Part shown: positions 27,311 to 36,929 of the stretch, in pieces
Position numbering within the stretch: the first letter of the stretch is position 1
How the letters are laid out: each line of letters begins with the position of its first letter
Origin: an uncultured Solirubrobacterales bacterium
GTDB lineage: Bacteria; Actinomycetota; Thermoleophilia; Solirubrobacterales; Solirubrobacteraceae
DNA: 64,000 nt
Assembly (NCBI GenBank): GCA_963834885.1
Contig: CAWIDF010000008.1
Span: 217,371 to 281,370 of the forward strand
Direction: 5' to 3'
The notes under the pieces: model-generated
The model's database searches: none
What the model saw: only the letters and a program-made list of their open reading frames with translations
What the model was told of the DNA's origin: nothing
Program-made: the position numbers and the translations under genes

Positions 27311-28954
27311 TCAGGTGGCGACGGTCTCGGCGCCGAGCTGCTCGGAGATCGCCACGTCGATCGAGTAGTCGATCGGGACCACGATCAGCGTCGGCATGTC
27401 CTTGGCCAGGGCGTCGCCCAGGAGTCGGGGGAAGTCCTCCGCGCTCGAGCAGCGCCACGCGGGCAGCCCGAACGACTCGGCCAGCTTGACGAAGTCCGGG
27501 TTTCCGAAGTCGACCCCGAAGTGGCGCCCGAACCGCTTGTCCTGTTTCCACACGATCGAGCCGAACTGGCCGTTTTCCCAGATCACGTTCACCACCGGCG
27601 TGCGCAGGCGCACCGCGGTCTCGAGCTCCTGGGCGTTCATGAGGAAGCCCCCGTCGCCGCTCACCGCCACGACCTTGCGATCTGGGTGCACGAGCTTGGC
27701 GCCGATCGCGGTGGGCAGCGCGAAGCCCATCCCGGCCAGCCCGTTGGCGATCAGCACGGTGCCGGGCTCATGGGCGGGGAACATCCGCGCGATCCACAAC
27801 TTGTGCAGGCCGACGTCCGAGACGAGGATGTCGTGACGGCCGAGGGCCTCGCGGATGTCCCAGAGCACGCGCGGTGGGCGCAACGGGTAGTGGTCGTCGT
27901 CGCGGGCGTCGCTCAAGGCGCCGATCACGACCTCGTGCAGGCGGCTAGTCCCGACCGTGGTCTGGCTGCGGGTGCAGGCGGCGGCCAGGCGGGCCAGGAC
28001 GTGGGCGATGTCGCCGATCAGCTCGACGTCGGGAACGAAGTACTGGTCGATCTCGGCGGCGACGCTGTCGATCATCACGATCTGCTTGTCGCGGCGCGGG
28101 TTCCAGTTCTTGGGCGAGTGCTCGACGAGGTCGTACCCGACCGCGATCACCAGGTCGGCGTCGTCGAACCCGGCCAGCTCGTAGTCGCGGGCCTGGAGGC
28201 CGACCGTGCCGACCGCCTTCGGGTCCTCGTAGTCGACCAGCCCCTTGGCCATGAACGACTCCGCCACGGGGATGCCGGTGTTGTGGATGAACGCGCGCAG
28301 CGCACGCGAGGCGTGCCCCCGGACCGCGCCGTTGCCGGCCAGCACCATCGGGTTCTGGGCGCCGTCGATCAGGTCGGCGGCGCGCTGAAGCTCCTTGCTT
28401 CCGGGCTCGGGCTGAACGGGAGCGTGACGGGGCAGCGGCGAGGCGTCGAGCGGGCGGGCCATGACGTCCTCGGGCAGCTCGAGATGGGTGGCGCCCGGCT
28501 TCTCGGACTCCGCCACCGCGAACGCCTTGCGGACCACCTCGGGGACGATCTCGGGGCTCGAGACGCGAGCGTTCCACTTAACGATCGGGCGCATGATGCC
28601 GATGAGGTCGATGTACTGGTGGGATTCCTTGTGCATGCGCTCGATGTCGGACTGGCCCGTGAGGGCGACGAGGGGAGCGCGATCCAGGAAGGCGTCGGCC
28701 ACGGCAGTGACCAGGTTCGTCGCCCCTGGGCCGAGGGTCCCCAGGCAAACGCCGGCACGGCCGGTCAGCCGGCCGTACGCGTCGGCCATGTACCCCCCGC
28801 CCTGCTCGTGGCGGACCGGGACGAACTCAATCGAAGAATTGGACAGGGACTCGCTGAGATCCAGCGTTTCCTCGCCCGGGATCCCGAAGACGTACCGAAC
28901 CCCCTCCGCCTCCAGGCACTCGACGAAAACCTCTGAAGCCTTGCGTTCCGCCAT
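27311..28954 (-). CDS. Acetolactate synthase large subunit-like TPP enzyme (no small subunit adjacent)
   Basis: FGIPGEE, VRHEQGG, TLGPGATN, GDGGF...N TPP motif. Confidence 0.92.
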   Translation of the reverse strand: MAERKASEVFVECLEAEGVRYVFGIPGEETLDLSESLSNSSIEFVPVRHEQGGGYMADAYGRLTGRAGVCLGTLGPGATNLVTAVADAFLDRAPLVALTGQSDIERMHKESHQYIDLIGIMRPIVKWNARVSSPEIVPEVVRKAFAVAESEKPGATHLELPEDVMARPLDASPLPRHAPVQPEPGSKELQRAADLIDGAQNPMVLAGNGAVRGHASRALRAFIHNTGIPVAESFMAKGLVDYEDPKAVGTVGLQARDYELAGFDDADLVIAVGYDLVEHSPKNWNPRRDKQIVMIDSVAAEIDQYFVPDVELIGDIAHVLARLAAACTRSQTTVGTSRLHEVVIGALSDARDDDHYPLRPPRVLWDIREALGRHDILVSDVGLHKLWIARMFPAHEPGTVLIANGLAGMGFALPTAIGAKLVHPDRKVVAVSGDGGFLMNAQELETAVRLRTPVVNVIWENGQFGSIVWKQDKRFGRHFGVDFGNPDFVKLAESFGLPAWRCSSAEDFPRLLGDALAKDMPTLIVVPIDYSIDVAISEQLGAETVAT

Positions 28955-29024
28955 CTCGTCACCGTATCTAACCGAAACAACATGGACTCACGCCGCAACG
29001 CGCCGGCGTGTTATGTGTCTTGCC

Positions 29025-30464
29025 ATGTGGATGCGCGCGCTGGCGGTGGGCCTGTCGATGGCAGCGGCGCTGGTCCTGGCCGGGCCGGCGGCGGCCGCGA
29101 GCACCCTTTACATCAGCGGTGGCGGCGACGGCCATGGCGTCGGGATGAGCCAGTACGGCGCGTACGGGTATGCCCTGAACGGCTGGAACTACCAGCAGAT
29201 CCTCGCCCGCTACTACACCGGCACGGCGCTCGCCCAGACCAGCCCCAGCCAGACCGTGCGGGTGCTGCTGGGCAGTGGGTCGGCGGCGTTCGCCGGCGCA
29301 ACCCAGGCCGCCGGCAAGCAGCTGGACCCGAGCCTCACCTACGACGTCGTGCCTTTGAAGAGCGGTCAGCTCTCGCTGGTCAACCAGAGCACCCACAAGC
29401 TGCTCGGCAAGTTCAGCGCGCCGCTCACCGCCACCGCCCCCGGGCCCCTGAGCGTCGCGGGCCTCGGTGCGTACCGCGGCGCCCTCGAGTTTCGCCCCAA
29501 CGGCACGAAGGGCGTGTACACGGTCGACGTGGTCGGACTCGACGACTACGTCCGGGGCGTGATCTCGGCCGAGATGCCCTCGACCTGGTCGGCTGAGGCG
29601 CTGAAGGCGCAGGCCGTGGCCGCGCGCACGTACGCGATCACCACCGACGTGGCCGGCACCTTCTACAACCTGTATCCCGACACCCGCTCCCAGATGTACC
29701 GCGGCGTGTCGGCGGAGACGCCCGCCACCGACGCCGCGGTGGCCGCGACCTCCGGCCAGGTCGTCACCTACGACGGCGCGCCGGCCACCACCTACTTCTT
29801 CGCCAGCTCGGGCGGCCACACCGAGAACATCGAGGACGCCTGGCCCGGGGCGAGCGCCGCTCCGTGGCTGCGCGGCGTCGACGATCCGTACGACGGCGCC
29901 GGCGGTGACCCCTACCACCGCTGGACTCGCCGGCTCACGGTCACGGGCGCTGGCAAGCGGCTCGGGAAGCTGGTCAAGGGCAAGCTGGTCGGGATCCGGG
30001 TCACCCAGCGCGGCGTATCGCCGCGGATCGTGTCGGCGGTCGTGATCGGCAGCGCCGGCTCAACGACGGTCACCGGCGCGCAGCTTCAGGGCGCGTTCGG
30101 CCTGCTCAGCACCTGGGCGAACTTCACCACGATCTCGGCCGCGGCCGGCCACACGCCGCCGTCCGCCCTGCCGCCGGCGCCCTCCTCGGGCGGGGCGAAC
30201 GCCGCGAGCGATCTGGCCGTACTCTCGCAGCTCAAGCGCGCGTTCGCGCTCGCCGGCCAGACCGTCCCGGTGTTGCGGGGCAGTGTGGTCCCGGCGCGGA
30301 AGGGTGATTCGATCACGATCCAGGCCCGCGCCGGCAACGGCTGGCGGCCGATCAGCCGCGTCCGGCTGGGCCGGGGCGGCGCCTACTCGATTCAGGTTCC
30401 GCGCCCGGGTGTGTACCGGACGGTGTCCCGAGGGCTCGACGGGCCGTCGGTCGTCGTGCCGTAG
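29025..30464 (+). CDS. Secreted SpoIID/LytB-domain protein (peptidoglycan lytic transglycosylase family)
   Basis: Signal peptide; GHGVGMSQYGA, YVRGVISAEMP, KAQAVAARTY; start uncertain (29013/29025/29031). Confidence 0.88.
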   Translation: MWMRALAVGLSMAAALVLAGPAAAASTLYISGGGDGHGVGMSQYGAYGYALNGWNYQQILARYYTGTALAQTSPSQTVRVLLGSGSAAFAGATQAAGKQLDPSLTYDVVPLKSGQLSLVNQSTHKLLGKFSAPLTATAPGPLSVAGLGAYRGALEFRPNGTKGVYTVDVVGLDDYVRGVISAEMPSTWSAEALKAQAVAARTYAITTDVAGTFYNLYPDTRSQMYRGVSAETPATDAAVAATSGQVVTYDGAPATTYFFASSGGHTENIEDAWPGASAAPWLRGVDDPYDGAGGDPYHRWTRRLTVTGAGKRLGKLVKGKLVGIRVTQRGVSPRIVSAVVIGSAGSTTVTGAQLQGAFGLLSTWANFTTISAAAGHTPPSALPPAPSSGGANAASDLAVLSQLKRAFALAGQTVPVLRGSVVPARKGDSITIQARAGNGWRPISRVRLGRGGAYSIQVPRPGVYRTVSRGLDGPSVVVP

Positions 30465-30484
30465 CACTAGGCTCCGGGGCGACG

Positions 30485-31354
30485 ATGCCCGGCCCGCTGC
30501 TCGCCGTTGACGCGCCGTTCGTGCTGTACCGCTCGTTCTTCGCGCTGCCCGACTCGATCAAGGGCCCCGAGGGGCACGCGGTCAACGCGCTGCTCGGCGC
30601 CACCAACCTGCTGCTGCGGATCGCCGCGGATCGCGGTCCTCGGGCGATCGTGATGTGCTTCGGCGCGGAGGCGGCGCCGTACCGGGTCGAGCTGTTTCCG
30701 TCCTACCACGCCGACCGTCCGCCGGTCCCCGATGAGCTCGCGTGGCAGTTCGAGCGCGCGCCGGCGCTGTTCGCGGCCTTCGGCTGGCAGATCGAGTCGG
30801 CCGACGACGTCGAGGCGGACGATCTGCTCGGATCGCTCGCCCAGGTCGAGGCGAACGCGGGTGGCCGGGCGCTGGTCGTGACGGGCGACCGGGACATGTT
30901 CCAGTTGGTCGGCGACCGGGTGTCGGTCCTGCTCCTGAAGTCGGGGATCAGCGGGTTCGAGGAAATGGACGCCGACGCCGTGCGGCGTCGCTACGGCGTC
31001 GGTCCGGAGCTCGTGCCGGACTTCATCGCGCTGCGCGGCGACCCGTCGGACGGCCTGCCGGGCGCCCTCGGCATCGGCCCCAAGACCGCCGCAACGCTGC
31101 TCGAGAAGTACGGCTCGCTCGAGGGGGCGATCGCCGGCGCGGGCGGCGAGCGTCCCCGGGTGGCCGCGGCGCTGACCGAATCGGCCGACGAGCTGCGTGC
31201 GTACCGGGACATCGCCACGCTGCGCCCACCGTCGGTGGAGCGCCCGCCGGATCGGGCCACCGATCTGGCCGGCGGTGCCCGGGCGGCGCGCGAGCTTGGG
31301 CTCAACCGCCTGGCCGAGCGGCTCGAGAACGCGTCGGATGTGAGCGAGCTGTAG
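30485..31354 (+). CDS. Stand-alone 5'-3' exonuclease / flap endonuclease (Pol I N-terminal-like)
   Basis: VDAPFVLYRSFF, EADDLLGSL, TGDRDMFQL, LRGDPSDGLPG..GIGPKTA (H3TH). Confidence 0.92.
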   Translation: MPGPLLAVDAPFVLYRSFFALPDSIKGPEGHAVNALLGATNLLLRIAADRGPRAIVMCFGAEAAPYRVELFPSYHADRPPVPDELAWQFERAPALFAAFGWQIESADDVEADDLLGSLAQVEANAGGRALVVTGDRDMFQLVGDRVSVLLLKSGISGFEEMDADAVRRRYGVGPELVPDFIALRGDPSDGLPGALGIGPKTAATLLEKYGSLEGAIAGAGGERPRVAAALTESADELRAYRDIATLRPPSVERPPDRATDLAGGARAARELGLNRLAERLENASDVSEL

Positions 31355-31370
31355 ACGCTACGGTTCGCCC

Positions 31371-31826
31371 GTGGCCAGCGAGATCCGCGTCGAGGAAGCG
31401 ACCGAGATGTTCGACGGACTCGCGGCGGCGGTGGCGGGGCTGGTCGCGCAGCTCTCGCGGTCGGCGCGTGCGCCGTTGCCGGCCGAGGTCGAGGAGATCG
31501 TCCGCTCGCCGGCCTGTCACCTGCTGCTGGCGCGCGAGGCGGACGGCGGGATCATCGGGATGCTCACCCTGGTCGTGTTCCGCATCCCGACCGGCGTGCG
31601 CGCGTGGATCGAGGACGTGGTCGTCGACCAGGACGCACGTGGACGAGGGGTTGGCGCCGCCCTCAACCAGACCGCGATCGGACTGGCCGGCCAGCGCGGA
31701 GCGCGCACCGTCGACCTGACTTCGCGGCCCTCGCGGGAGGCGGCCAACCGGCTGTACCGCCGGCTCGGGTTCGTCGAGCGCGATTCGCACGTCTACCGAT
31801 TCGAAGGTCCGCCTCCCGCGGACTGA
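31371..31826 (+). CDS. GNAT acetyltransferase
   Basis: IEDVVVDQDARGRGVG, LTSRPSREAANRLYRRLGF. Confidence 0.9.
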   Translation: MASEIRVEEATEMFDGLAAAVAGLVAQLSRSARAPLPAEVEEIVRSPACHLLLAREADGGIIGMLTLVVFRIPTGVRAWIEDVVVDQDARGRGVGAALNQTAIGLAGQRGARTVDLTSRPSREAANRLYRRLGFVERDSHVYRFEGPPPAD

Positions 31827-31829
31827 GGC

Positions 31830-33326
31830 TCACCCGCTGAAGTGGATCCGGCCGTAGCCGATCCGCCCGCGCGTCATGGGCTGGGGCGGCAGCGCACCGG
31901 CGCCGCCGCCGCCCGGGAGCGACTCGGGGTCGGTCCCGACGCCGAGCAGGCTGCGCGTCAGCTGCTGACCGGCGTCGAGCAGGTCGTCGAGCGCGCGGGC
32001 GGCGTGCGCGGCGGTGACGAGCGGATCGGACGGGTTGTCCTGGAGCGCCTCGAGCATCGAGCGGCGGAGCAGCTCCTTTACGAACGAGGCGGTGACTCCG
32101 TCCGTGCGCTCGACGATCTCGCGCTTCTCGTCCTCCGAGAGCCGTAACGGGATCGACCGTCCGTACAGCGCGAGCAGCCGGCGTCGGCCCTCCTCGTCCG
32201 GCAGGTCGATCTCGATCGCGACGTCGACGCGGCCGGGGCGAGCCGCCAGCGCCGGCTCGAGCAGGTCAGCGCGGTTGGTGGTGAGCACGAACAGCAGGTC
32301 GGCGTCGGGGGCGGCGCCGTCCATGGCATCGAGCAGGTCGAACAGGACCGGGCTGGAACCCATCCCGGGCGGCCCGAAGCCGCGGTGCTCCGCCACGAGG
32401 TCGACGTCCTCGAGGACGATGACCGCGGGCTGGAGGTCCCGCGCGAGCTCGGCCACCGACCCGATCGCGTGTAGCGACCGTCCCGTGAGCACCAGCCGGG
32501 TGTACCCGCCCATCTGTCCGACCAGATAGCGCATCGTGTGGGTCTTGCCGGTCCCCGGCGGGCCGTACAGCAGCAGGCCCCGCTTCAGGTGCTGGCCGGC
32601 GCTGAGGAGCGCGTCCCGATGGGCGGCGATATCCAGCGCATGGCGCTCAACCCTGCCCAGGACCGCTTCCGGCAGCACCACCTCGTCGCGAGTGGTACGC
32701 GGGACCTCGCCGAAATCGAGCACGACGCCGCCCATGTTGTTGATGCTCACGTCGATCAGGTGCCCGCGGTACACGTTCAGGCGGTTGCGCAGCTCCCCGA
32801 GGCGGGCGTGCACGGCCTGCGCCGCGTCGACCGCGAGACCGGCGATCTCGACGTCGAGCGAAGGGGGACCATGTTCGGTGGCGGCGCTCACCTTGACGAC
32901 GTAGCGGCCGTCGGCGTCGTCGACGAGCAGCAGCGCGAGCTCCAGGCAAGCGAGCGTCGAGCCCGGTCCGTTCGGCAGATCAGCCAGCGCCGGTGCCGAC
33001 AGGCGCAGAGGCGGCAAGTGCTCGCCGGTCAGGAGTTGCTGCAGCGTCACCGGCGGGTGGTGGGGCGGGATCGAGAAGCCGTGCACCGCCACCTCTCGCC
33101 CGGGCTCGCGCGACCACGCGTTGAGTGCGGTCTGGAGATTCACGTGCTCGAACAGCGGCAGCGACCGTGTCACCACCGAGTGCTCGGCCGCCGCCTCGCC
33201 GAGGTGCTCGCTGACCAGCGCCACGACCTCGTTGCGCTCGTCCCGCCGCGTCGAGTACACCCAGTCGAGAAACGAGGTGAACGCCGCCGCGAACTCCCGT
33301 GCCTCCGAATCCGATGCGCCCGTCAT
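31830..33326 (-). CDS. Single-module AAA+ ATPase with uncharacterised N-terminal domain
   Basis: GPPGTGKT, VLEDVD, TTNRADLLEPALAARPGRVD. Confidence 0.88.
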   Translation of the reverse strand: MTGASDSEAREFAAAFTSFLDWVYSTRRDERNEVVALVSEHLGEAAAEHSVVTRSLPLFEHVNLQTALNAWSREPGREVAVHGFSIPPHHPPVTLQQLLTGEHLPPLRLSAPALADLPNGPGSTLACLELALLLVDDADGRYVVKVSAATEHGPPSLDVEIAGLAVDAAQAVHARLGELRNRLNVYRGHLIDVSINNMGGVVLDFGEVPRTTRDEVVLPEAVLGRVERHALDIAAHRDALLSAGQHLKRGLLLYGPPGTGKTHTMRYLVGQMGGYTRLVLTGRSLHAIGSVAELARDLQPAVIVLEDVDLVAEHRGFGPPGMGSSPVLFDLLDAMDGAAPDADLLFVLTTNRADLLEPALAARPGRVDVAIEIDLPDEEGRRRLLALYGRSIPLRLSEDEKREIVERTDGVTASFVKELLRRSMLEALQDNPSDPLVTAAHAARALDDLLDAGQQLTRSLLGVGTDPESLPGGGGAGALPPQPMTRGRIGYGRIHFSG

Positions 33327-33351
33327 GACACCGGCAACAATATCTGAGTAA

Positions 33352-34431
33352 TCAGGGCGTGAAGCGGACCGTGATCACGTCGCCGTCGGCGACGACATAG
33401 TCGCGTCCTTCCAGGCGCAGCGTGCCGCGGTCGCGGGCGCCGGCGTACCCGCCGGCGGCGACCAGCTGGTCCCAGCCGATCACCTCGGCGCGGACGAAGC
33501 CGCGCTGGATGTCCGAGTGGATCAGCCCCGCCGCGTGCCAGACCGACAACCCATCGCGCAGATGCCAGGACTGCGCCGGCTTGTCCTCCCCGGCGGTGAA
33601 GAAGGCGATCAGGTGAAGGAGCGAGAACGCGCCTCGGATGACCGCGTTCAGGCCGGACTCGCTCAGGCCCAGCTCCGAGCGCATCGCCGCCGCCTCCTCG
33701 GGCTCGAGCTCGGCCAGTTCGGCCGCCAACCGGGCCGAGACCGCGATCGCCTCGGCGCCCTGGGCGCGGGCGTACTCGAGGATCGCCGGCGGGACCTCGT
33801 CGCTTCCCTCGTCCACGTTGGCCACGAACAGCACCGGCTTGGCGGTGAGGGGCGCCAAGAGCTGGACCGCGTCGGGGGCGTCGGCGGGCGGCGGGACGGT
33901 TCGCGCGGGGCGGCCGGACTGGAGCGCCTCGATCAGCCGGCGCAGCCAGTCGGCCTCGGCGATCGCGTGGCGGTCGCCGCTCTTGGCCGTGCGCGACACC
34001 CGATCGAGCCGGCGCTCGGCCTGTTCGAGATCGGCGTAGATCAGCTCGGTCTCGATCGTCTCGATGTCGGCCAGGGGGTCGACCCGGCCCTCGGGGTGGA
34101 CCACGTTCGGGTCGGTGTGCACGCGGACCACGTGGACGATCGCGTCGGTCTCGCGGATGTTGGCCAGGAACTGGTTGCCGAGCCCCTCGCCTCGGTGCGC
34201 GCCGGCGACCAGGCCGGCGATGTCGTGGAACGCGATCGTGTCGGGTACGACCTTGGACGCCTTGACCGTGGCGGCCACGGCATCGAGCCGCTCGTCGGTC
34301 ACGGGGACCACGGCGACGTTGGGGTCGATCGTCGTGAACGGGTAGTTGGCCGCCTCCGCGGCCACCCCGGTCAGCGCGCTGAAGAGCGAGGACTTGCCCG
34401 CGTTCGGCATCCCGACGATCCCGACCTTCAC
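33352..34431 (-). CDS. ychF: Redox-regulated ATPase YchF (Obg family)
   Basis: GIVGMPNAGKSSLF, ANYPFTTIDPN, DIAGLVAGA, LGNQFLANIRE, YVVADGDVI. Confidence 0.97.
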   Translation of the reverse strand: MKVGIVGMPNAGKSSLFSALTGVAAEAANYPFTTIDPNVAVVPVTDERLDAVAATVKASKVVPDTIAFHDIAGLVAGAHRGEGLGNQFLANIRETDAIVHVVRVHTDPNVVHPEGRVDPLADIETIETELIYADLEQAERRLDRVSRTAKSGDRHAIAEADWLRRLIEALQSGRPARTVPPPADAPDAVQLLAPLTAKPVLFVANVDEGSDEVPPAILEYARAQGAEAIAVSARLAAELAELEPEEAAAMRSELGLSESGLNAVIRGAFSLLHLIAFFTAGEDKPAQSWHLRDGLSVWHAAGLIHSDIQRGFVRAEVIGWDQLVAAGGYAGARDRGTLRLEGRDYVVADGDVITVRFTP

Positions 34432-34922
34432 GGCACGAGCTCCGCGACGGCGGTGCCGAGGACCGCGCCGGCGATCACGTCGGACGGGTAGTGCACGCCC
34501 AGATACGGCCGGCTCGCGGCCATGGCTGCGGCCGACGCGTACAGCAGCCGGGCCGGGACGAGACCCGCGTAGGCCCGGGCGGCCGCGAACGACGTGGTGG
34601 CGTGGGCGCTCGGGAAGGACAGCTTGGTCACGGTCGGGGTCAGCGGGCGCAGTCCCGGCAGGTCAGGACGCCGCCGGCGCACGGCGAACTTGATGACCTG
34701 GTTGGCGGCGTAGGAGGCGGCGACGGTGCGCACGCCGCGCAGCCAGGCTCGGCGGCGGCCGGGCCGGCGATCCAGGGCGGCGCCGGCCAGACCGAGCGCG
34801 AGCCAGACGGCGGCGTGCTCGCCACTTCGCGAGTACGCCCCGATCGCGCGCTCCGCTGCGGGCTGGTGGCCGTGTGTGCGCGCGAAGACCAGGCCGGCTC
34901 TGTCCATGTCGATCAGCCTCAC
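34428..34922 (-). CDS. PAP2-family phosphatase
   Basis: KFAVRRRRP, SFPSAH, SRPYLGVHYPSD motifs; both ends overlap neighbours by 4 nt. Confidence 0.9.
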   Translation of the reverse strand: MRLIDMDRAGLVFARTHGHQPAAERAIGAYSRSGEHAAVWLALGLAGAALDRRPGRRRAWLRGVRTVAASYAANQVIKFAVRRRRPDLPGLRPLTPTVTKLSFPSAHATTSFAAARAYAGLVPARLLYASAAAMAASRPYLGVHYPSDVIAGAVLGTAVAELVP

Positions 34923-36037
34923 GCCGTGGGACTGTAGGCGGACGCCCAGCGGATCGGCAGCCCGTGGTCGCCGGCCACGGCAAGCACGGTCTCGGCGACG
35001 TGGGGGTGTTCGTGACGTTCGTGCAGCGCCAACCGCGGCCGGCCCATGTGCTCGGCCCGGGTTGGCTCCATGCTCAGGCGCACGACATCCGATTGTCCGT
35101 CGATCGCGCGTTCGATCGCCGCCCACTCCTCGGACTCGACGTACTGGCGCATGATCGAGTGCCACACCACGGTGAGCTCGCCGTCACGACGCGCGGCCAG
35201 GGCGTCGCGGAGCCATGTGGAGGCGCGCTGCCGGTCGATCGGGACCGGGTCGCGGGCGGCGACCGACAGTGCGGCGCGGAGCCGCTCGACGCGATCCAGC
35301 TCGTCGGGCCAGATGTAGGAGAGCAGCGTGAGCCGGTCGTCCTGGCGCGTCGGATCCAGCGGCGCCAGGTCGCAGCCCGCCCGCGCGACGATGTCCAGCC
35401 GCGCCGCCGCGGCGCCGAGGTCGAACGGCGGTGGCGAGGCCCAGGGCTCCTCGAACCGCAGCGCCGAGGCCGGATCGCCCAGCTCGCGGCCGCCGACCAC
35501 GTAGGCGTAGCGGTCGACCAGAAGGTTCAGGCCGGCGCTGGCCCCGATCTCGAGCAGGCGAATCGGGCGGCTGTGGCGGTTGGTCAGCCACAACAGTCCC
35601 GCGAACAGCACCGCGGAGCGCCCTGGCTCGTTGGTCTGCACGGTCCGGTGCACGCGAGCCCTGATCTGGTCGAAGTGGTCGCACATCGCGGCTCGCGCGG
35701 CCGGCCAGACCCCCTCGGGGGCGAGCTCCCCACCGGCGCTCGAGTAGAAGACGGCTAGCTCGGGCGCCTGGCCGGAGAGGACCAGGTAGTGAAGCGCCCC
35801 CATCAGCCGGAGCTGAGGCACCGAGCCGGGTGGCGTCGGGATGCCCGCGAACAGCCGCGCCACGGGCCCGCCGCGGTCGATGTCGTCGGCCGCCGCGCTC
35901 ATCAGCCCCACATAGAGCGGCGACCGGCCCGCCTGCACGAGCGAGTCGGCGTGGCGGCGGAACCGGTCCGCCAGGCTCCGACCGCCGGCCCAGGAGTCGC
36001 CGGCGCCACCGTAAGGAAGCTGCGCACGATCGGTCAC
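34919..36037 (-). CDS. DUF2332 family protein (SAM-methyltransferase-like fold suspected); start uncertain
   Basis: VQTNEPGRSA, LLEIGASAGLNL, GCDLAPLD, RLTLLSYIWPD. Confidence 0.8.
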   Translation of the reverse strand: MTDRAQLPYGGAGDSWAGGRSLADRFRRHADSLVQAGRSPLYVGLMSAAADDIDRGGPVARLFAGIPTPPGSVPQLRLMGALHYLVLSGQAPELAVFYSSAGGELAPEGVWPAARAAMCDHFDQIRARVHRTVQTNEPGRSAVLFAGLLWLTNRHSRPIRLLEIGASAGLNLLVDRYAYVVGGRELGDPASALRFEEPWASPPPFDLGAAAARLDIVARAGCDLAPLDPTRQDDRLTLLSYIWPDELDRVERLRAALSVAARDPVPIDRQRASTWLRDALAARRDGELTVVWHSIMRQYVESEEWAAIERAIDGQSDVVRLSMEPTRAEHMGRPRLALHERHEHPHVAETVLAVAGDHGLPIRWASAYSPTA

Positions 36038-36056
36038 CGTGGTTAGTGTCCCGGAC

Positions 36057-36878
36057 ATGCCCCCTCGCATCACCGTGGTCGGCTCAGCCAACATCGATCA
36101 CGTCGCCCGCTGCCCGCGCCTGCCCCGGCCCGGCGAGACGGTCACCGACGCCACGTTCGAGCGGCTGCCGGGAGGGAAGGGCGCCAACCAGGCCGTGGCC
36201 GCGGCGCGGATGGGGGCGCTGGTCAGGTTCGTGGGACGGATCGGGCGCGACGACCTCGTGCTGCGCTCAATCGAGGACGCGGGCATCGACGTCAGCGGCG
36301 TGGTGCGCGACGACGGCGAGACCGGTGTGGCGTTCGTGCTGGTCGAGGAGAGCGGCGAGAACATGATCGTGACCGCGCCGGGAGCCAACCGCCGTCTGAC
36401 GCCCGATGCGGTCGAGGTGGGCGAGGCCGACGCGGTGATGTGCCAGCTCGAGATCCCGCCCGAGGTGGTCGTGGCCGCGCGGGCCCAGGCGCGGTTTTTC
36501 TGCCTGAACGCGGCGCCGGCCCGCGGCATGCCCAAGTTCGAGCGCGAGCCGGACCTGATCGTCGCCAACCGATACGAGTACGAGCAGATCGAGCCCGGTC
36601 GCTCGCTCGTGGCGCTCACGCTCGGTGCGGAGGGCGCGGTGCTGCTCGAGCGCGGGCGCGAGATCGCGCGGGCCAGCCCGCCCGCGGTCACCGCGGTCGA
36701 CGGCACGGCGGCGGGCGACGCGTTCTGCGCGACGCTCGTGGTGTCGCTCCTCGAAGGCCGGGAGCGCGAGGCGGCGCTGGTGCGGGCGTGCGCGGCCGGC
36801 GCGCTCGCCGCCTCTCGGCCTGGTGCGCAGCCGTCACTGCCGACGGCGGACGAGGTCGACGCGCTGATGAATGAATAA
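36057..36878 (+). CDS. rbsK: Ribokinase (PfkB family)
   Basis: VVGSANID, PGGKGANQAVAAARMG, NAAPA, VDGTAAGDAF. Confidence 0.9.
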   Translation: MPPRITVVGSANIDHVARCPRLPRPGETVTDATFERLPGGKGANQAVAAARMGALVRFVGRIGRDDLVLRSIEDAGIDVSGVVRDDGETGVAFVLVEESGENMIVTAPGANRRLTPDAVEVGEADAVMCQLEIPPEVVVAARAQARFFCLNAAPARGMPKFEREPDLIVANRYEYEQIEPGRSLVALTLGAEGAVLLERGREIARASPPAVTAVDGTAAGDAFCATLVVSLLEGREREAALVRACAAGALAASRPGAQPSLPTADEVDALMNE

Positions 36879-36929
36879 GTAACTTCACATGTTCCCGCTG
36901 GCGCCCGCGGCGGCTTAGACTTGCCCGCG

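Noticed and set aside
29025-30464. SpoIID as evidence of sporulation
   Set aside because: SpoIID/LytB-domain proteins are widespread in non-sporulating bacteria
36872-36887. Short palindrome AAGT-A-ACTT / TGAA...TTCA upstream of the MFS as ROK operator
   Set aside because: Only 4-bp arms, overlaps the ribokinase stop codon, no second matching site
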